In this document: piece by piece, positions 60,064 to 64,000 of the stretch | Numbering within the stretch: position 1 is the first letter of the stretch | Layout: each line of letters starts with the position of its first letter | DNA from: an uncultured Natronomonas sp. | Lineage (GTDB): Archaea > Halobacteriota > Halobacteria > Halobacteriales > Haloarculaceae | Direction of reading: 5' to 3' | NCBI GenBank assembly: GCA_964579035.1 | Contig: CAZOFL010000001.1 | Location: 26,212-90,211, forward strand | Length of the DNA: 64,000 nt | Translations under genes and position numbers: made by a program | The notes under the pieces: generated by a model | Told to the model about the DNA's origin: nothing | The model's database searches: none | What the model saw: only the letters and a program-made list of their open reading frames with translations

Positions 60064-61257
60064 TTATAACTCTCGCTCGTGTTTGAGCGCGTCACGATCG
60101 ACGTCGGTGACGTCGTCGTAACCCGCAAGCCCCATCGTCAGATCCAACTCGGAGAGGGTGTTCTCGAGCACCCACTCGACGCCCTCCTGGCCGGCCATCG
60201 CGAGGCCGTAAGCGAACGGTCGGCCCAACATGACCGTGTCGGCCCCCAACGCGAGCGCTTTGAACGCATCGGAGCCACGCCGGACCCCGCTATCGAAGAG
60301 CACCGGTGCGTCGTCACCCACCGCCTCGGCGACGGCCGGGAGTGCCTCGACGGCGCTTATCGAGCCGTCGACCTGCCGGCCGCCGTGCGTCGACACCTGT
60401 ACCGCGTCCGCGCCGTGTTCTATGGCCAACCGCGCGTCGTCGGGGTGTAAGACCCCTTTGAGAACGATCGGGAGGTCCGTGTGTTCACGCAGGAACGCCA
60501 TGTCCTCCCACGTGAGCGATTCGTCGCCGAAGACTTCGAGAAAGCGGTCGACGGCAGCCTGTGGGTCCTCCTCCGGCCGGGCGTCGAGCGAGGCCCGAAA
60601 CGCCGGATCGCTGAAGTAGTTCGCCACGCCTTCCCCCTCGAGAAACGGGTAGTACCCGCGCTCGAGAAGCCGATCCCGCCATCCGAGCGTCGGAGCATCG
60701 ACCGTGAGAACGATCGCGTCGTAGCCGGCCGTCTCCGCGCGGTCCAGAAAACTCCGCGCGACCGAGCGGTCGGAGCTCCAGTAGAACTGGAACCACTTCG
60801 TGGTCTCACCGAGCGTCTCCGCGACGGCCTCCATCGGCGTCGAGGACAGCGAACTCAGCGTGAACGGGACATCGAGTTTCGCACACGCTCGGGCGGTGGC
60901 CGCCTCCGCCCCGTCGTGAAGCAGCGACTGGATCCCGAGCGGGGTGATCATCATCGGGAACTCGTGGGTGTTGCCGAACAACTCCACTGTGAGGTCCCTG
61001 TCGTCGACCCCGCGCAACATCCGGGGAACGATTCGGTAGGCGGAGAAATCGCGGTTCCGCTCGAACGTCTCCTCGGTTCCCGATCCGCCGTGGACGTACG
61101 CGCGGGCGGTCTCGTCCATGTTCTCCCAAGCCGCCTCGCGGATCCCCCCGAAATCGATCGGATACGGCGGCGTCTCGCCGTCGTACATGCCGTCACGGTA
61201 GATGTTCCGAACGCGGCGGTTACCGAACCCGGGCGCGGGTTCGTCTGATTCACTCAT
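60064..61257 (-). CDS. FMN-dependent alpha-hydroxy acid oxidase / lactate 2-monooxygenase-like
   Basis: VPRMLR, WFQFYW, LTVDAPTLGWR, LKGVLH, STHGGRQVD, DSGVRRGSD, GRPF. Confidence 0.92.
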   Translation of the reverse strand: MSESDEPAPGFGNRRVRNIYRDGMYDGETPPYPIDFGGIREAAWENMDETARAYVHGGSGTEETFERNRDFSAYRIVPRMLRGVDDRDLTVELFGNTHEFPMMITPLGIQSLLHDGAEAATARACAKLDVPFTLSSLSSTPMEAVAETLGETTKWFQFYWSSDRSVARSFLDRAETAGYDAIVLTVDAPTLGWRDRLLERGYYPFLEGEGVANYFSDPAFRASLDARPEEDPQAAVDRFLEVFGDESLTWEDMAFLREHTDLPIVLKGVLHPDDARLAIEHGADAVQVSTHGGRQVDGSISAVEALPAVAEAVGDDAPVLFDSGVRRGSDAFKALALGADTVMLGRPFAYGLAMAGQEGVEWVLENTLSELDLTMGLAGYDDVTDVDRDALKHEREL

Positions 61258-61604
61258 GCGCATCGTTCGCGGTCGTCCGTTGTGAATATCACGCTCCCGG
61301 TCGTTTTCGACCGGGGCGCGACTGCCCCCGGTTCGCTCACGACGGGCCCGGGGTCCGTTCGATGTGCGAACAACCCCACCGAACGGTGCGCCGTTCGACC
61401 GCGTTCGGCGGCTGCTGTGTCCCGATAGGAGTCGTATCGCCCCCGTCCCACGGTGTCGCGTCCACCCCATGTTCTTCGTGGACGAACTCTCCGAGTGTCC
61501 CGCCGGTGTCAGCGGGTTCGACGGACGGGATCGAGCGACGGCTTCGTCCTCGGAGGGAAAACAATCCGACCGGACGCGGTACTCACCCCCCGGTTTCGCC
61601 GCTG

Positions 61605-62168
61605 TCAGCCGTCGAGCAGGCCGAGTTCCTCGAGCCGGGAGACGATCTTGTCGACTGCCTTTTTGGCGTCGTCGGGCTCTTTGCCGCCGGTGATGACGAG
61701 TTTGCCGGAACCGAACAGCAGGGCGACGACGTCGGGGTCGTCGAGACGGTAAACGAGGCCGGGGAACTGCTCGGGTTCGTATTCGATGTTCTCCAAGCCG
61801 AGGCCGATCGCGATGGCGTTGAGGTTGAGGTTGCGGCCGAGATCGGCGCTCGTGACGATGTTCTGGACGACGATTTCGGGGTCCTCGTCGACCTGGATTT
61901 CGAGATCGCGAAGCTTATCAAAGACGATGCGGAGCGACTCGTGAACGTCGTCGGTCGATTTCGCGCCGGTGCAGACGATCTTTCCGGAGCGGAAGATGAG
62001 TGCGGCGGATTTGGGGTTTTGGGTCCGGTAGACGAGGCCGGGGAACTGCTCGGGATCGTAGTCGGCGCCCTCGAGGTCCATAGCGACGCTCTGTAGATCG
62101 AGCTCCTGACCGATACCCGTCGAGGCGACGACGTTCTCGATATTGATAGTCTCCTTTGGGTCCTGCAT
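61605..62168 (-). CDS. tbp: TATA-box binding protein
   Basis: Two repeats: IENVVAS...YDPEQFPGLVYR...IFRSGKIVCTG and VQNIVTS...YEPEQFPGLVYR...LFGSGKLVITG. Confidence 0.98.
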   Translation of the reverse strand: MQDPKETINIENVVASTGIGQELDLQSVAMDLEGADYDPEQFPGLVYRTQNPKSAALIFRSGKIVCTGAKSTDDVHESLRIVFDKLRDLEIQVDEDPEIVVQNIVTSADLGRNLNLNAIAIGLGLENIEYEPEQFPGLVYRLDDPDVVALLFGSGKLVITGGKEPDDAKKAVDKIVSRLEELGLLDG

Positions 62169-62175
62169 GTTTCGA

Positions 62176-62203
62176 CTTAAAACACGTATTTAAGGTTTAT
62201 AAA
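62176..62203 (-). promoter_or_regulatory. tbp promoter: TTTATAAA TATA box with adjacent inverted repeat
   Basis: TTTATAAA at 62196-62203, about 28 bp upstream of the ATG (leaderless spacing); CTTAAA-n7-TTTAAG at 62176-62194. Confidence 0.6.
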
Positions 62204-62303
62204 TGTGGGTGGTCGTTTCCCGCGGTCCGTCGGGGGCCGGACGGACCGCTTCGGGTGTTTGTCAACCGAATCTGTTTTGCCGCCGGCTTCGAAACACGGT
62301 GTC

Positions 62304-62651
62304 GTGACCGCCGTCGAGGAGTGGGAGCGAGCGCTCGAAGCGGCCGGCGAGTTGACGAGCGACGCCGCCGACCGCATCATCGCCACCCACGGAGACCGCG
62401 GCGTAACGGCCATCGAAGCGGTCGGCGAACGTCGGGTGAAGGGCTACCGGGATTTCACCGTCGTGGTCGGCCACTCCGAGGAGTACGTCATCGAGGCCGG
62501 CGGTTGCGACTGTGAGGACAGCCGGTACAACCTCGATCCCGAGGATCCCGAACAGCTCTGTTGGCACGTTATCGCGGCGAAGGTCGCCCGCCGGATCGAC
62601 GCCGTCGACGACCACGACATGTGGTACTCGGAAGTCCGGGAGTTCTTATAA
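62304..62651 (+). CDS. SWIM zinc-finger protein
   Basis: GCDCEDSRYN...LCWHVIA (CxC...CxH). Confidence 0.85.
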   Translation: MTAVEEWERALEAAGELTSDAADRIIATHGDRGVTAIEAVGERRVKGYRDFTVVVGHSEEYVIEAGGCDCEDSRYNLDPEDPEQLCWHVIAAKVARRIDAVDDHDMWYSEVREFL

Positions 62652-62897
62652 ATGGACCACGACCGCCTCCACGCCCGAAAGCCGACACACGACATCGGCC
62701 GGTGGTTGAGCGGCGTCGTCGAATCGATCGGCGAGCGTGACGGCCACTGCGTCGTCACGGTTCGCCCCGACGACGGCGGGTCGGTCGACCTCCTCGTCAC
62801 GTTCGCCGTTCGCGATCTGTTCGTGAGTCGGCTGGACATCGAGGAGGGCGCCTCACCGGTCGGCGAGCGCGTCTGGTACCGCGTCCGCGGCGGATGA
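62652..62897 (+). CDS. Small conserved hypothetical protein
   Basis: Abuts the SWIM gene (TAAATG); MDHDRLHARKP...VGERVWYRVRGG. Confidence 0.75.
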   Translation: MDHDRLHARKPTHDIGRWLSGVVESIGERDGHCVVTVRPDDGGSVDLLVTFAVRDLFVSRLDIEEGASPVGERVWYRVRGG

Positions 62898-63278
62898 CTA
62901 CGACAACTCCTCGGGCGCCGTGCGATCGGTTTCGGGCCGCGATAGCTGCCCGCAGTCCGGGACGTTTCCGTCGTCGAGACTGATGCAGCCGCGTTTCCAG
63001 AGTGTCCCGTTTAGCCCGGCCGTCACCCGACGGAGCGAGTCGATCGCCCCGGTATGTGGCTCGCTTTCGACGAATCTCGACCACGCCTCCAGCGAGCCGA
63101 ATCCGAAGACAAACTTCGCTTCCGGGGAGGGCCCGTTCGTGTTGTACCGCACCTCGAACGACGCGACCGAATCGTGTGCGATCCACTCGAGGCTATCCTC
63201 CGACAACCACTCGTCGTACTCGGCCCGACACGGCTCCATCACGTCGAACTCGATCACGTACCGATAGGGTGTGGTCAT
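62898..63278 (-). CDS. Hypothetical protein, possible dimeric alpha+beta barrel (ABM-like)
   Basis: YVIEFDV...EYDEWL...FGFGSLEAWSRFVESEPH pattern. Confidence 0.6.
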   Translation of the reverse strand: MTTPYRYVIEFDVMEPCRAEYDEWLSEDSLEWIAHDSVASFEVRYNTNGPSPEAKFVFGFGSLEAWSRFVESEPHTGAIDSLRRVTAGLNGTLWKRGCISLDDGNVPDCGQLSRPETDRTAPEELS

Positions 63279-63448
63279 GTGTGCTCACCCCGTCGATGGA
63301 GCGTCCGTCTCCGTAGGTCGTGTACGTCCCCTCATACGTGATACGTTGTTTCCGAGGACGGATACGGGTGGGGGTCAACAGTTTACGGTTTTAAATGTAT
63401 GTGCGGGAGTCCTCGGATCGACGGACGATACGACACGCAGGTGGACGA

Positions 63449-64000
63449 CTATCCGAACGCGCCGACCGCGAGCTTCGACTCGACCGCGGTCAGGCGCCGG
63501 GACATCGCCGATTTCGAGATCCCGAGCTCGTCCGCGAGGTCACCCATCTCCGTTTCCCGCGGAGTCCGGTAGTATCCCGACGCGATCGCGAGTGCGACGG
63601 CCTCGCGCTGCTTTTCCGTTATTCTGGATAAATCAAGCGTCACGGGCTCCGAGCGATCGGTTTCGGCCACATCGACCCGGGTGAGGCGACGAAGCGACAC
63701 TCCATCGGTGGCTGTTTTGAGTTCCTCGACGAGGCTCGTGAGGCGCTCGCGGTCGGGGAGGTACGTCTCGACAACGAGGTGGTCGTCTCCGACCTCGGTC
63801 ACTTCCGGGATACAGTCGAACTCGAGAAAAACCGGACAGTGACACGTCGACTCGAGTTCCCGCTTCGAGTGGACGATCTCGGGGCCCGGGCCGTCCGACC
63901 CGTCCGTCCGTGTGATCTCCGCTCGCGTGTGGCACTCGTCCCCGAGGAAGCTCCGGGCGACGTCGTCGATCCCGCTCTCGTCCAGCGGACACGAGCCTCC
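63449..64000 (-). CDS. Bacterio-opsin activator-type HTH_10 regulator (5' part outside window)
   Basis: ITEKQREAVALAIASGYYRTPRETEMGDLADELGISKSAMSRRLTAVESKL; frame stays open to the window edge with a Cys-rich N-region (CPL, CH, CHCPVF). Confidence 0.88.
   Translation of the reverse strand, partial: GGSCPLDESGIDDVARSFLGDECHTRAEITRTDGSDGPGPEIVHSKRELESTCHCPVFLEFDCIPEVTEVGDDHLVVETYLPDRERLTSLVEELKTATDGVSLRRLTRVDVAETDRSEPVTLDLSRITEKQREAVALAIASGYYRTPRETEMGDLADELGISKSAMSRRLTAVESKLAVGAFG

Noticed and set aside
61264-61604. Small ORFs between the oxidase gene and tbp
   Set aside because: No motif or convincing start; the N-terminal extension of ORF 60064-61470 is not protein-like.
1-64000. Apparent scarcity of CTAG and abundance of TCGA/GATC
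   Set aside because: A known genome-wide compositional trait of haloarchaea; judged by eye only, not counted.

Overview
GC-rich chromosomal segment of a halophilic archaeon (class Halobacteria), judged from the acidic proteins, class I LysRS, TBP, Spt5, eS19, DtdA, MptD, CofE and TATA-box promoters close to start codons. Most of it is housekeeping: pntB (partial), rlmE, aroE, dtdA-ftsZ1-secE-spt5, hisB, pitA...lysS-pyrH-moaE...thiL-rps19e, purK, valS, mptD-cofE-mer, hisG and tbp. No rRNA, tRNA or CRISPR array was seen. The non-routine features are: (i) a decayed IS200/IS605-type element (tnpB 3' remnant with an intact right end) at about 45.07-45.54 kb, containing a symmetric multi-hairpin insert; (ii) related short hairpins with C-GNA-G triloops in an intergenic cluster at about 36.55-36.71 kb, suggesting a REP/MITE-like family; (iii) a head-to-head deletion that removed the 5' ends of an enolase-superfamily dehydratase and a universal stress protein; (iv) a PhaZ7-like hydrolase beside the IS remnant; (v) a PitA with a tandemly duplicated internal domain; (vi) several candidate operators and an AT-rich regulatory island. 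All assignments come from motif recognition by eye. No database searches were run, and DUF names are from memory.
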